Positions 11,196 through 23,235 are shown, counted from the first letter of the stretch. The stretch is 64,000 nt of DNA from Camelus dromedarius (GCF_036321535.1 NC_087445.1:14012001-14076000), one strand, 5' to 3'. The notes: generated by a model from the letters alone, not told the origin. Numbers and translations are program-made.

Positions 11196-12347
11196 CCTAT
11201 TGCTTATCCACACAGTGTTTAAGCCTCTTTCGTGGAATGAACACTAAGCTATAGCAACAAAGTAAAACAAAATGAAAAGAAAAAACAAAGATCAGATAAA
11301 TTGCACAAATCCTTTTCAAAAGTAAGTCTTCTTGTTTACTGAGACTTTGTTGTAATGATTCAAATGGCCTTTTTTTTTTAAATCAGTACTCGTACTTTGC
11401 CTTAGTCTTAGGACATACGATAGCATTGAATAGGTGACAAGAGAGGGAAAAAGTTTACCCTGACTTCTCAGAAATCAATTTGAGAAGTCCTTGGATATTG
11501 TGTTCATCTCAACAGTCATAGGGTTATTATTGCTGTTGCCCTGACTAATATGTATGGTCTTTTGATGGTTTCAGCACAACATTTTGAATTCAAAGTCAAC
11601 GTGACCTATAGTTTCTGGGGTTTGTTTTAATATTTGGTGCCTGCCGCTGTCATTGCAGCATGAAATACGTACCCTTAGCCAAAAGTTATGTAAAAATCAT
11701 CCCCTCTTATTCATAATACAAACATCTTTGCCACTTCTCATTGCAGTGCCTTCTCATTCTCAAAACACCCTGTGTCCTAAGTGAGCTGTGGGCCCTTGTC
11801 ACATGGGTGCAAGCTCTGGCTGCTCTACTTGCTACCATATAATCCTCTTACCTTCTGGCAAACTCTTAACATGTTATAAAGCATAACATGTACCAGTTGG
11901 TACTTTCAGCATCTCCATCGGGAGCCAAGAATTCCTGATATTTTCATTCCATATGTGCCTTTGCCAGTGACCAATGTCCCAACATGAAAATACCAGTATT
12001 AGACAGAGGGCATCTAGCACACAGAGGAACAGAGAAGGATCCACACTCTAAGGCTATACCTACGTTCTAACAGGAAAGGCCAGGTGCTGATAAGTATATA
12101 AGCTAACACACGGGCCCCATACAAGGGGACAGAAGCCAGCTGAGTGCATGCTTCTGTTTATTTCTTAGTTCTAGTCAAGTATTAAGAAAGAAACAGTGAC
12201 AATGAAATGTAGAACATTATAGATTTTTAAACATGTTTTTAGAACAAATGAAGAGAAGCATTGACCAAGGCCTGTTTGTAGACATTCCTTAAGCTAAGTG
12301 TCTAGCACATCTCACCCCTTCCTGTCAGCTCCCCCATTTTAAAAAAA

Positions 12348-12820
12348 TTTATTTTTATTTATTTTTTAATCAAAGTATAGTTGATTTACAATGTTGTGTT
12401 AATTTCTGATGTACAGCATAGTGATTCACTTATACATGTATATTCCTTTTCATATTCTTTTTCATTATAGGCTATTACAAGTTATTGAATATAGTTCCCT
12501 GTGCTATACAGCAGGACCTTGTTCATCTATTTTATATATAGTAGTTAGTATCTGCAAATCCTGAACTCCTAGTTTTTCCCTCCCCACTCCCTTCCCCCCG
12601 GTAACCACAAGATTGTTTTCTGTATCTGTGAGTCTGTTTTGTAAATAAGTTTATTTGTGTCCCCTTTTTTTTTTTAGATTCCACATATAAGTGATATCAT
12701 AGGGTATATTTCTTTCTCTTCCTGGCTTACTTCACTTAGAATGACGTTCTCTAGGTCCATCCGTGTTGAGGCAGATGGCTTTATTTTATTCTTTTTTATG
12801 GCTGAGTCATAGTCCATTGT
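12348..12820 (-). mobile_element. L1 3' end (ORF2 C-terminus plus 3' UTR)
   Basis: T-rich tail, then aaagtatagttgatttacaatgttgtg...gttccctgtgctatacagcaggacc...agattccacatataagtgatatc...cttacttcacttagaatga. Confidence 0.92.
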
Positions 12821-13902
12821 CATTTACCATCTGCTTCCCGTGGGAAAATTACCTTGGTGCTGAGGTTGATAACTGAATAGCTGGAGGGGAGGGCAGTGTT
12901 CCTGTATCCAACGCTAATTGTGAAACTAGCAGAGCATTTCAGTGCTTGTGGGCCCTGCAGGGAGTTATATGCCAATTGGTGTATATTTTTCTTTAATTGT
13001 TTTTGTAGGTCACACTGAAGGTATTATTCTGTCTTCTAGGAGAAATAGGATATATTATTTCTTCTGAAAATATGAATGGAAAATTTCCGGAGTTCAGACT
13101 TAGTGTAAATGTTAAACTTTTAACTGTGGAATTCTAATTAGATCATTATTAAATTTATTTTCATTATTAAATTTTTAAACATGTTATTGGTTTAGATATG
13201 TCTGATTATCTTCTAATTACTTTTGAAATGGATTTTATGCAATTAGTGTCTTCCTATGTCCTACCTCCTATTCTTACTAAGAGACCACCAAGGGTGTACT
13301 GTGCTTCCAAACAACTTTAGTTTAACTGGAAGGACTTCTGCTATTGTACTCTTACAAGAACTTCACAGTGAACTTTGGGATCCTGATGGAATAGGAGCAG
13401 AGTTATGGTACAAGGGACTCCTACTTTTCAGCATGGTTTCATCTGAAATGTTGAAGACATAAAAATTGAGCATTAGTCTAATATGTAGCTAATTAGGTGT
13501 ATCAAGATGCCTAACAGAAAAAAATCTGTTAATATTCACCTTTAGCACATAGAGGTCCATTCCCATAGGTTATTAAATGCATGGAGTTGTAATATCAGAA
13601 CAGATTTTCCTAGTCTAAAACATATATGAAAAGTTTATCCCCCTCTTTTTTTCTCTTTTAGTTGCTTCATCATGCCAAATATGGCTTGATAGATTTTTAC
13701 CAAATTCAGAGCATACAGTCAAGATGTCTTTCTTATAATATAAGCTATGGCATACATTGTATTTGCTTTGGGGAGGTTGGGATCTTACAGAGATACAAAC
13801 TACTTCCTGTCATTTCCTGCAGCTATCAAAGTAGGGGCAACAGCAGAGATGTTTTCATTTGGGGATAGATAACATTCTCTCCAGCATCTAAGGAGTCTTT
13901 TT

Positions 13903-14052
13903 TTTTTCCCCATTAAAGTTATTTTTTTTAATTGAAGTCAGTTGACAATATTGTGTCAATTTCTAGTGTACATAATGTTTCAGGCACACATACACATCCA
14001 TGTATTTGTTTTCATATTTTTTTCATTATAGGTTACTAAAAGATAGTGAATA
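13903..14052 (-). mobile_element. Short L1 3' end with 10-bp TSD
   Basis: ttttaattgaagtcagttgacaatattgtgtcaatttc...ttcattataggttac. GAGTCTTTTT is repeated at 13893-13902 and 14053-14062. Confidence 0.85.
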
Positions 14053-14754
14053 GAGTCTTTTTAACTGTTACTTTTCCTCCATTGGTAGTCAATCTATGTA
14101 TCTCACAGCCATGTGTTTCCCTAAATAGGTAATACCCATTATACCAAATTTGGGGATGATTATTTGGATGCTCAGGAGACATTTCACACTAATTATAAAT
14201 AACACTTGGCTATTTGATCTCTTCTCAGAGCTCCTAGTTCAAATAACACTTAGAGTGTCTACTATGTGCCAGGCCCTCTGCTGGATACTAGATCCAAGAT
14301 GCATTGGAGGATTCAGAATTTTCAGTAAATGTGACAAGTGACACAATCGAGTTTGCTTCCTCAAGCATATGCCTTCATTACAGGCTCCTAAAACATGAGT
14401 CTGGATGGATCTCCAAAGTTATCCATGGTTGTAGATGAGTAAAAAATATTTAGCTTCTGGGAAAGGCATGCACTTTTCAAGATCTTCCCAGGATGTGGTC
14501 AGCAGCCCTTGCTTTCTCTGCTGCCTCAGTCTGCCAACAGCAGTACTCCTGGGTTGAGAGTGGAAAAATGATGCTCTAATGGCAAGGGAGTATTTAGGCT
14601 AGCTGCACACTGCATTTTCAGGCTGCAAGCTTTTAAAATGCCATTTTCCAGAAACAAAAAGGTTTCTCGAGTGTTGAAAAGTGTCATAATGTGACTGACA
14701 TTAATATTTAATGGGAAAAATATTAGAAGTTTTGGCAAAGGTGACAGGCGAAGA

Positions 14755-14930
14755 AAATTGATATTTAATGAGTACTTACTATGTGCTAATTGCTGCGATA
14801 AATACAGTGTGTGAATGACTTCTTTTTAAGTCTCACAATGACCCTTAGATCTTGGTATGCTGAAAGCAGTTACATCGCAGTGTCATAGCCTGCCTCACCC
14901 ATCTTTGTCATTATCAGAACAAAGAAACCT
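14755..14930 (-). mobile_element. MIR fragment
   Basis: atttaatgagtacttactatgtgcta...ctcacaatgaccct. Confidence 0.55.
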
Positions 14931-15174
14931 TTGCTTCTTGTGGGAGATTGCTACTAATGCTCCTGGTAATGACCAGGGATTTTTTCCACAGAGGTTTCTG
15001 CAGCACTGTGACAAGGAAATGACTCCTTTCATTCTGGAAGAAAATGTACTGTATAAATTGCCTCTTACATTCCTATCTCTTAGGCAGCCGTGTCTTAGAA
15101 CTCGTCTCAGAATTCACGGAAAGGCAGAGCCCCGGCCCCACTGCACAGTGCAGCTAGGGGAACTAGCAGAGAGA

Positions 15175-15405
15175 TAAGAAGCCTGTATTTGGAGGCCTGA
15201 CTACCTGGGTTTAAATCTTGGTGCTGCCACTTGCTAACTCCATGGCTCTGGACTAGTTACTTAGCCTCTCTTGGCATCACTTACCCCTGCCAATAAAATG
15301 GAAATGATGATAGCGCTTAACGCGTAAGGTTGTGATACGAATTAAAAGCACATAAAGCACTTAGTCCAATGCCTGGTGCATGATGAAGGCTCAATAAACT
15401 ATTTT
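15175..15405 (+). mobile_element. MIR SINE, near full length
   Basis: gactacctgggtttaaatcttggtgctgccacttgctaac...agttacttagcctctc...aaagcacttagtccaatgcctgg...gctcaataaa. Confidence 0.85.
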
Positions 15406-15539
15406 TATGACCTGCTGTTAAAAATGTTCACTATCACTAAAGGATGTGACCTTATTATTATCTCCCACGCAAATAAGGAAAGAAGCTGCTTGGTCTTGGA
15501 TCGTGAAAACTGCCTTTCGGTTTTTTCTGGTTTGATCTT

Positions 15540-15812
15540 TTTTTTTTTTTTGCAGTCTATTTTTTTTTAACTTTTTTTTATTGAGTTATAGTCATTTTAC
15601 GATGTCAAATTCCAGTGTAGAGCACAATTTTTCAGTTATATATGAACATACATATATTCGTTGTCACATTTTTTTTCACTGTGAGCTACCACAAGATCTT
15701 GTATATATTTCCCTGTGCTATACAGTATAATCTTGTTAATCTATTCTACATATACCTGTCAGTATTTGCAAATTTTGAACTCCCAGCCTGTCCCTTCCCA
15801 CCCCACCCCCCA
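15540..15812 (-). mobile_element. Relatively young camelid-type L1 3' UTR with 11-bp TSD
   Basis: Reverse complement closely matches the 3' UTR at about 21180-21400. GGTTTGATCTT is repeated at 15529-15539 and 15813-15823. Confidence 0.92.
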
Positions 15813-16201
15813 GGTTTGATCTTAATCCCATGTTAAGTGTTTGGTTTCTTTGGCCTTTACCAGGCTGCACACTGTATGTTTGTCAGTACAAAGAGGGCTT
15901 AGGCTAGACAGTTGTTAGAACTTCATCCATGGACCACAAGTTGGACAGTGGGGAGAGGAAGCCAGAACCAAGCGGAAAGGTACTGATTACTATGATATTT
16001 GTAAGGATAGAACTTGGTTTTCAATTTTATCATGGTAGCTTGTTCATGGAAGCCAGAATCTACAGGGTGTAGCAGTCTCAGCCAGGGTCCAAATGTGCAT
16101 CCTAGAAGCAGGTCTACTGTGTTACTAGAATATATCTGAACTTCAGGTGTCATCACTGTTGCTGTTTATTTACCCTTAATGGTACTAAGTCATTATGTAC
16201 A

Positions 16202-16425
16202 CAGTTGACTCGCACAGTGTGGAGTGGGGCGTTAGGGCTGCTGACCCTCTGGCATTTGTAAATCTGGGTGTAACCTACAGTCAACCCCCCATATCCCTGG
16301 TTCCACCACATCCCTGATTCAACCAACCGTGGATCCTATAGTACTGTAGTAGTTACTACTGAAAAAATTTGAAAAATGTAAGTGGACCTGCCGCTGTTCA
16401 AACTGGGTTGTTCAAGGATCACCTG
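16202..16425 (+). mobile_element. MER8 (Tigger2-derived MITE)
   Basis: cagttgac...gttagggctgctgaccctc...gattcaaccaacc...tagtactgtagtagttactactgaaaaaa...taagtggacctg...gttcaaac...ttgttcaaggatcacctg; the termini are inverted repeats. Confidence 0.85.
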
Positions 16426-16439
16426 TGTGTGTGTCTAAA

Positions 16440-16466
16440 TTATATATATATATATATTATATAATT

Positions 16467-16498
<32 letters not shown>
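16440..16498. repeat. Interrupted (TA)n microsatellite
   Basis: Two TA runs separated by ttatataatttataatt. Confidence 0.9.
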
Positions 16499-16499
16499 A

Positions 16500-16830
16500 A
16501 AGTTTCCAGAGACAGTCTATTGATTTAGGAGGCTGTGGCTCAGCAACTTGTGAATTGGGCTGCATCTAATACAGCAGATAGAAAAGAGGTCCAAAGAGCT
16601 AAACAAGGGGAGAGATTTTTACAGACCAAAGCGAGAGGGAATAAGGAAGTCCTACACGGCAGCTGCTGATTGGTTAAAGCAGGGCGACTTTCCTTATGTG
16701 GAGTAAAGGCAAGTCTGGAGCTGGTTCTGTGCTGAGCAGACACGAGGATTAGTTGGCATAGACCTTTCTTTTCCGGAGCCCACATCAAAATGTAGTTAAG
16801 TTCTGGTTCTCAGACTGCTGGGTAGTCCAA
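16500..16830. mobile_element. Possible ERV LTR fragment
   Basis: Composition and motifs (gctgattggtt, tttttacagac, gtagttaagttctggtt) resemble antisense ERV1 LTRs; no termini were resolved. Confidence 0.35.
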
Positions 16831-17416
16831 TTTCGTACCTGTGGAAGTGGTTGGCATGGTGTGACCAAAGGGTTTCTCCCACTGGTGTTAAAGTCTTATC
16901 CTTGCTAGCAGTGGAGGAAGTTGGGGTATACTGAAGGCTAGCAGGTATGGCTGGGCCACTTATGTCACAGGTCTGGAAACATGAAGCAGGGAGATGCTCT
17001 GTCAGATGTGATGTCTCAGGAACTGGGTAAGGGCCGTCAGTGAACTTGGCTCAGAGCTGCTGGCAAAGGCATGGGAGCGGGTGGGGGGAAGGGCTAGAGA
17101 GGTGTGTTGGATACTCTTGGCTATTCCGGTATCTCAGTGCTGAACACTACACATAGGGGTCTATTCCATGGTCATTCTAGGAAGAGCTCACCAGCGAGGA
17201 CCAAGAATGAATAGAGAATGGAAGAATCTTACTCTAATTGACAGAAAGATTACTTTTCACACTTGGGGAACCCAAGAGAAAAATAATTTTCTCATAAATG
17301 TATTCCACTTAGAATTCTGCTTAGGAGTGCTTTTCCCCTTGAGTAGAAATGATCATAAAAGTGATGATGGGAACAAATATTAGTAAAACACATGAAATTT
17401 TTAGAGTGCCATGTTT

Positions 17417-17517
17417 TCTTTTTTTTCTTAATGGAGGTACTGGGGATTGACCGAACCCAGGATCCTGTGCATGCTAAGAACGTGCTCTACCTCTGAGCTA
17501 TTACCCCCACCTTCACA
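17417..17517 (-). mobile_element. tRNA-Ala-derived SINE (camelid Vic-1 type), short form
   Basis: Minus strand reads GGGGGTAATAGCTCAGAGGTAGAGCACGTTCTTAGCATGCACAGGATCCTGGGTTCGGTCAATCCCCAGTACCTCCA plus an A tail. Imperfect TSD agtgccatgttt/agtgccttgatt. Confidence 0.88.
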
Positions 17518-17536
17518 AGTGCCTTGATTTTTACTG

Positions 17537-18051
17537 TGTAATTTATATCTTGTTGCAATAATGCTGCATAACAACCCCACCCGACCCCAACTAAGTGGTT
17601 TAAAACAAAAAGTAGCTGCTATTGTTCGTGAGCCTACTGGTCAGCTGGGCTGTTCTGATGACCTAACTTGGGCTCAGTTAATCCTTGTTTATCTCGCCCA
17701 AATGTGTAGTCAGCTGGCAGAGGGACTAAGAATAACTGGACTGGGACTAGGAGCTCACTAGTCTGTACTTGGCTCTCCTGCACCTGCTCTCTTGTTCTTC
17801 GGGAGGCTGGTCTGGACTTGTTCTGCAGGAGAGAGTGGGCAGAAGCGCACAGGGCCGTGTGAGGCCTGGACTTGACACTGGCACCTTGTCCTTTACTGCA
17901 TTATATTTGCTAAAGCAAGTCATGAGGCAGCCCCAATCCAGAAAGCAGGGAAAGTAGACTCTTAATGGCAGGAACTTCAAAGTCATACTTGAAGTTCTAG
18001 GGATACAGGGAGAGAAAGAATTGGAGCCATTTTTGCAGTCCATCTAGCACA
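17537..18051 (-). mobile_element. Old MLT1 (H-K-like) solo LTR
   Basis: aatgctgcataacaac...gtggtttaaaacaa...ggtcagctgggc...aaagcaagtcatgaggcagccc...tagactcttaatggcaggaacttcaaagtca...gccatttttgcagtccatctagcaca. Confidence 0.8.
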
Positions 18052-18449
18052 CGTGCTGTTTACCTTTTCCCTGAAACCTCAGTAGGAGTATAGCCTTGAG
18101 GTGGATAATCGGAAAACTGAAGACAGTGATGCCAGCGCAGTCTGAGGAGTCTGCAGCCAAGGTGGAACTCAGGTCTTCTGTCTCCCGGCCATCCAGGATC
18201 GGCTGTTATACGCCTGATACCAAGTGGGATATATTTTTCTCTTTAAAAAAATTACCATCAAGCTCACTTTTGGCAGACATAAATGCAGAGTTTTTTACTT
18301 TGAGATAAAGTACGTCTGAACTAGCTTTAAAGCCTCTTTTGATTAGGCAGGAGAAGTGTACTGGGACCCCCGCAAGCTCAACTGGGATGTATAGGAATGA
18401 CTCCAGTGAGTAAGTGAGAACGAGAGAAAATGCAGCTACAAACATTCCA

Positions 18450-19120
18450 CCAGGCAGATCGGGTAGGGGCTCATATGCCCTGATAGGAATTCAGATGTTC
18501 TCTTTTGTTACAATGAAGAGCTGTTAGAGGATTTTAAGCAGGGACATGAGAAAATCTGATGTGTGTTTTGAAGGATAAGTTTGGCTGCTCTCAGGAGAAT
18601 GTTCTAAGGGAGGCACAAGTGGAACTGGGGAGACACATAGAAGGTTTGGGAAATAATGGGGGATCTGTGCATTTAGACAAGGATGTATCAATGAAAGTGG
18701 ACAGAATTAGTTGTTTTCAGGAGTTATTTTGAAGGCAGAGCTGACCACCTCGATGACGAGCAGGTTGAAAGGAGAAGGCATATCAAAGGTGATACCTGGA
18801 TTTTTGACTTGAGCAAGTGGGTGGAGGATGATACTGTTTACTGAGTTGGAGCACACTGACAGCACAGAATAGAAGGGAAGATCCCATGATCTGTTTGGAG
18901 CTGTGTTTTGTTTGATGTGATATTCAAGTAAAGATGTCAAGGATTCAGAATATGTGAGTCTGGAGATGAAGGAAGAGATCAGAGATGGGATTTCATGTCC
19001 TCATCATGAAAATAGCATTTGAAACCTTGGAAGTGAACGGAATCACCTGGAGAGCATATGTTTATAGAGAAAAGAGACTTAGGAAGAAACTCGGGGTAAT
19101 CCAACCTCCAGGAGTTGACA
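18450..19120 (-). mobile_element. L2 LINE fragment
   Basis: gattttaagcaggg...ttttgaaggcagagctgac...gatacctggatttttgacttgagcaagtgggtgga...tttgaaaccttggaagtgaacggaatcacctgg. Confidence 0.85.
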
Positions 19121-20491
19121 TCTACTCTTGATAAAAAGAACTGCAAGTGTTAACAAGTAGATGAGAGCTATTACATGGAGCAGAGGTGATCTGAAAAATT
19201 ACTGTGCTTATTTAGTGTGCTCTGAACCAAACAAAATGTGTATGAGAGAGAGGGAGAAGTTTTAAAAGCATAAAATAGTATAACAAATGTAAAGTAGCAG
19301 TATTAGTTCCTTTAGAGTAACTGACAGGAAGAGTATAGAAAACCTGAAATAAAAAAAAGTAGCCTAGAATGCCTTTGAGGAGACTAACTTGTAGTGGCCG
19401 AGTCCTTCCGTGGGTCTTTTTGATGGAGGCAGTAGAATCATTGCTTTTTATCATCAGCTTCTTGTATTGAAGCTACAGTCTCCTAAAACCCTGGTGTTTT
19501 TAGCCATTAAATTGGTACATTTTTCTCTGTAAGTCATGCTTATATTGAAGTGTTAAACTTTCCAATTATGTGTATTTAATTTCATCTTTCTAGGCTGTTG
19601 AAGTTTTTTGAAAAAAAACCCAATTCTGCTGTAAAATCTATTAGTATTCTTTCCAGTTTCTTGGTAGTTGCAAATTTAACCAATGTGTCTTAACCCAAGT
19701 CTTACTAAAGATGTTGACACATCAAGGACCAAGGACCTGAATGGCTTCACTATTTCATCAGGGGTTTCCCTCCTGTTAGGTGTTACAGCTCACCTTGGCT
19801 ACCATCAGTTATGCATCCAAGAAATTGTAAAAGTGTTGAACCATATTTTCATCTTTATCTCTCCCCTACTTTTTTTTTTTTTAAATTGTCTAGCTGAAAT
19901 ATGCTCCCACCCTGTCTATAAAATGCCACTGGTCTAAAGATTTTACTCCCAAATCAAGCAAGATCAGTATAAGATATTAGTGAATATTTGGCAGCTCCTA
20001 GTATCACCATTCCTTTTCTAATTGCTCACAGATCTGTCTTTAAAATAGTCTATTTTAAGTCTTTTCAGCAAATGATGTTGGGAAAACTGGACAGCAGCAT
20101 GTAAATCAATGAAGCTAGAACACTCCCTTATACCATACACAAAAATAAACTCAAAGTGGATCAAAGACTTAAACATAAGACAAGATACAATAACCTCCTA
20201 GAAGAAAATATAGGCAAAACATTATCTAACATACATCTCAAAAATGTTCTCCTAGGGCAGTCTACCCAAGCAATAGAAATAAAAGCAAGAATAAACAAAT
20301 GGGGCCTAATGAAACTTACAAGCTTCTGCACAGCAAAGGAAACCATAAGTAAAACAAAATGACAACCTACGGAATGGGAGAAAATTTTTGCAACCGATGA
20401 AACCAACAAAGGCTTGATCTCCAGAATATATAAGCAGCTCATACAACTTAGTAAGGAAAAACAAACAACTCAATCCAAAAATGGGCAGAAG

Positions 20492-20646
20492 NNNNNNNNN
20501 NNNNNNNNNNNNNNNNNNNNNNNNNNNNNNNNNNNNNNNNNNNNNNNNNNNNNNNNNNNNNNNNNNNNNNNNNNNNNNNNNNNNNNNNNNNNNNNNNNNN
20601 NNNNNNNNNNNNNNNNNNNNNNNNNNNNNNNNNNNNNNNNNNNNNN
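20492..20646. other. Assembly gap (155 N)
   Basis: Run of N inside L1 ORF2. Confidence 0.99.
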
Positions 20647-20832
20647 ATGACAAGTGCTGGAGAGGCTGTGGAGAAAAGGGAACCCTCCTACCCTGCTGGT
20701 GGGAATGCAGTTTGTTGCAGCCACTGCGGAAAACAGTATGGAGATTCCTCAAAAGACTAGGAATAGACTTACCCTATGACCCAGGAATCCCTCTCCTGGG
20801 CATATATCCAGAAGGAACCCTACTTCAAAAAG

Positions 20833-21020
20833 NNNNNNNNNNNNNNNNNNNNNNNNNNNNNNNNNNNNNNNNNNNNNNNNNNNNNNNNNNNNNNNNNNNN
20901 NNNNNNNNNNNNNNNNNNNNNNNNNNNNNNNNNNNNNNNNNNNNNNNNNNNNNNNNNNNNNNNNNNNNNNNNNNNNNNNNNNNNNNNNNNNNNNNNNNNN
21001 NNNNNNNNNNNNNNNNNNNN
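20833..21020. other. Assembly gap (188 N)
   Basis: Run of N inside L1 ORF2. Confidence 0.99.
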
Positions 21021-22659
21021 CATTCTAAGTGAAGTAAGCCAGAAAGAGAAAGAAAAATACCATATGAGATCTCTCATATGTGGAATCTTAAAAAAATAAA
21101 TAAATAAATAAATAAATACAAAACAGAAACAGACTCATAGACATAGACTACAAACTTGTGGTTGCCAAGGGGGCAGGGGGTGGGTAGGGACAGACTAGGA
21201 GTTCAAAATTTGTAGATACTGACAGGCATGTGTAGAATAGATAAACAAGATTATACTGTATAGCACAGGGAAATATATACAAGATCTTGTGGTAGCTCAC
21301 AGTGAAAAAAAATAACAATGAATATATGTATGTTCATGTATAACTGAAAAATTGTGCTCTACACTGGAATTTGACACAACATTGCAAAATGACTATAACT
21401 CCAAAAAAAGTCTATTTTAAAATCATATTGAAAAGTATCTTTAAGTTCACCAAGGTTTTTTGAAAAACAAGATATTGTCAGTCAGTCCTTTAGTGCCTAT
21501 GAATTGCTGTCAACAACTTTGCAATCTAACCTTCAATTCCATCTGGGAAGGAGACACTCATTTCTTGAGAGTTACCTCACCTTGATTAGGCTCCATATCC
21601 TCTCACTAATGCACGTCCCTCTCTTACCAGCCTGACCGTCCATCTCATTGGTAGAGATGATGGACTCAAAGTAGGAGAAAGGGAGTTAGGTTCTCCTCTG
21701 TCAGTATACAAACCAGCATACTTTTAGGCAAGAGCCATACGTGTTTGGTTTTATTTGTTATGCTTTAAGTTTTTAAATACGAGCTTTTAACCACTATTTA
21801 ACTATAATAACATATGTAACATAAATTACAGCCACCTCATTCTCTAGAGTTCAGACTTAATCATCATCAAATTAGGACTGTTCTTTCACTTCAAAGAAGT
21901 GGTGGGATAGGTTCATTTTGACAAAAGGAAGTAGCTGAAATTTGAGCTTAAGTTTATCATCAAATTGAGAATCCTTTCTACCTTTTTAAAATTTTTCTTC
22001 CTCCTTCCCTCCCTCTCCCCTCCTTCCTTCCTTCCTTTTTTTGGGCAACTTTATCAAAGAATAAAGCAAAGCTTTTTTAAGATACCTGGGTAGCACTGGA
22101 ATGAGTTTTTGTTATTAGTTTTTGTCTCTTTTGCTCAATTTAGCTGGCATTTTAATGAAAATATCCCCCCTCCCCCGTGGTAATTAAATAGCACACTCGT
22201 GTTGTGATTCCTTCATAAACTTTTTCTCTCTGTGAAAAAACAAGGGACTAGTTTTGATCCATTTAATTAAATAGGAGCATGGATTCCTAGAACACAGAAG
22301 ACCTTACTATTTTTGAGTGAATGATAAATTTGTGAGTAAATAAATGTAGTTAATAAAATTTGACAGATATGCAACTTACATACAAATTCATCAGCAGTCC
22401 AAATCCTCTCCTTTACTATAGGATGATATGCAAAATGTGAACACATTAAGGCTCATTTGAGCAGATAAAAACATATTTTATATGTGATTTTTAGAAATCA
22501 GTAAATCATACTCAGTGCACTCCATGCCTTTATTTTGACTAACTCTTATTTTTTGTTGAACATTTTGAAGTATTTAAGATGTGACCTGAATACATAATTC
22601 GTTTACTCTGCAAACGAGTAGTCAATCTGTACCATTTAGTGGGAATACATACATATGTA

Positions 22660-22880
22660 TTATGACTATGAAGAAATGGCAGGGAATGATGAAAGTTCTG
22701 AATGCTGATGGCCTATGCTGAAACCTCCTAAGAGGCTTCGGTGGTATATGAAATATCCTATTTCTTAATGTGGGTGCTCTTTTGGCACTTTTCGTACATT
22801 CTATATATGATACGTTATATATATAATTTCATAAGTATAAGATATTCTATAATTTAAAAAATTAAATTCCATAATTTAAA
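22660..22880 (+). mobile_element. Old L1M 3' end
   Basis: aaatatcctatttcttaatgtgggtg...gcacttttcgtacattctatatatgatac. Confidence 0.45.
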
Positions 22881-23094
22881 AGAATAAAAAGAAAAAAGTT
22901 TAATTGCACATTCCTCAACCTGATCACTTATCCTTATATAAAATAAAGCCATCAAAATACAATGAATGCCTTACAGATCTTCTTTTAGTTGTTAACTAAA
23001 ATCAACAGTTTAAATTAAAATCAGCATTTTACCTTTTTAAATAAAATGGGTTTCTAAATTATTCCAGGAAAAAAAATCAACATACAATACATAC

Positions 23095-23235
23095 AGCTAT
23101 CCTTGATTAGTGATATGTGTGACCTTGTGTAAGGCCCTGATCGCTCCAGGCTTCAGTTTCTTCATCTCTCAGTCAAGATGTTTGGATCAGCAAACTATTC
23201 TAAAGAGTTTTTCCTGCAGTAAGTTTCTGTGTAGC
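23095..23235 (+). mobile_element. MIR fragment
   Basis: tgtgtgaccttgtgtaagg...cttcagtttcttcatctc. Confidence 0.65.

Larger units (their letters stand above)
20059..21403 (+). mobile_element. 5'-truncated L1 (ORF2 C-terminal region plus 3' UTR) with TSD
   Basis: Translates to [38 protein letters not shown]...[20 protein letters not shown]...WRFLK...ILSEVSQKEKEKYHM, which is L1 ORF2 with stops and a frameshift. TSD AAAATAGTCTATTTTAA (20042-20058) / AAAAAAGTCTATTTTAA (21404-21420). Confidence 0.97.
19560..21720 (-). mobile_element. L3/CR1 LINE remnant split by an L1 (flanks about 19560-20041 and 21421-21720)
   Basis: tgcaaatttaaccaatg...aagatgttgac...ggaccaaggac...ggcagctcctagtatcacc...ctaattgctcaca matches antisense L3/CR1 RT sequence and continues after the L1. 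Confidence 0.65.

Noticed and set aside
15551-15570. agtctatttt in this L1 tail resembles the TSD of the L1 at 20-21 kb, suggesting a donor-offspring link
   Set aside because: It is in the wrong orientation relative to the two elements' sense strands, and a truncated L1 could not be the source; coincidence.
20306-21099. Long ORFs of up to 183 aa in the ORF track
   Set aside because: They are kept open by N runs inside a truncated, mutated L1 ORF2.
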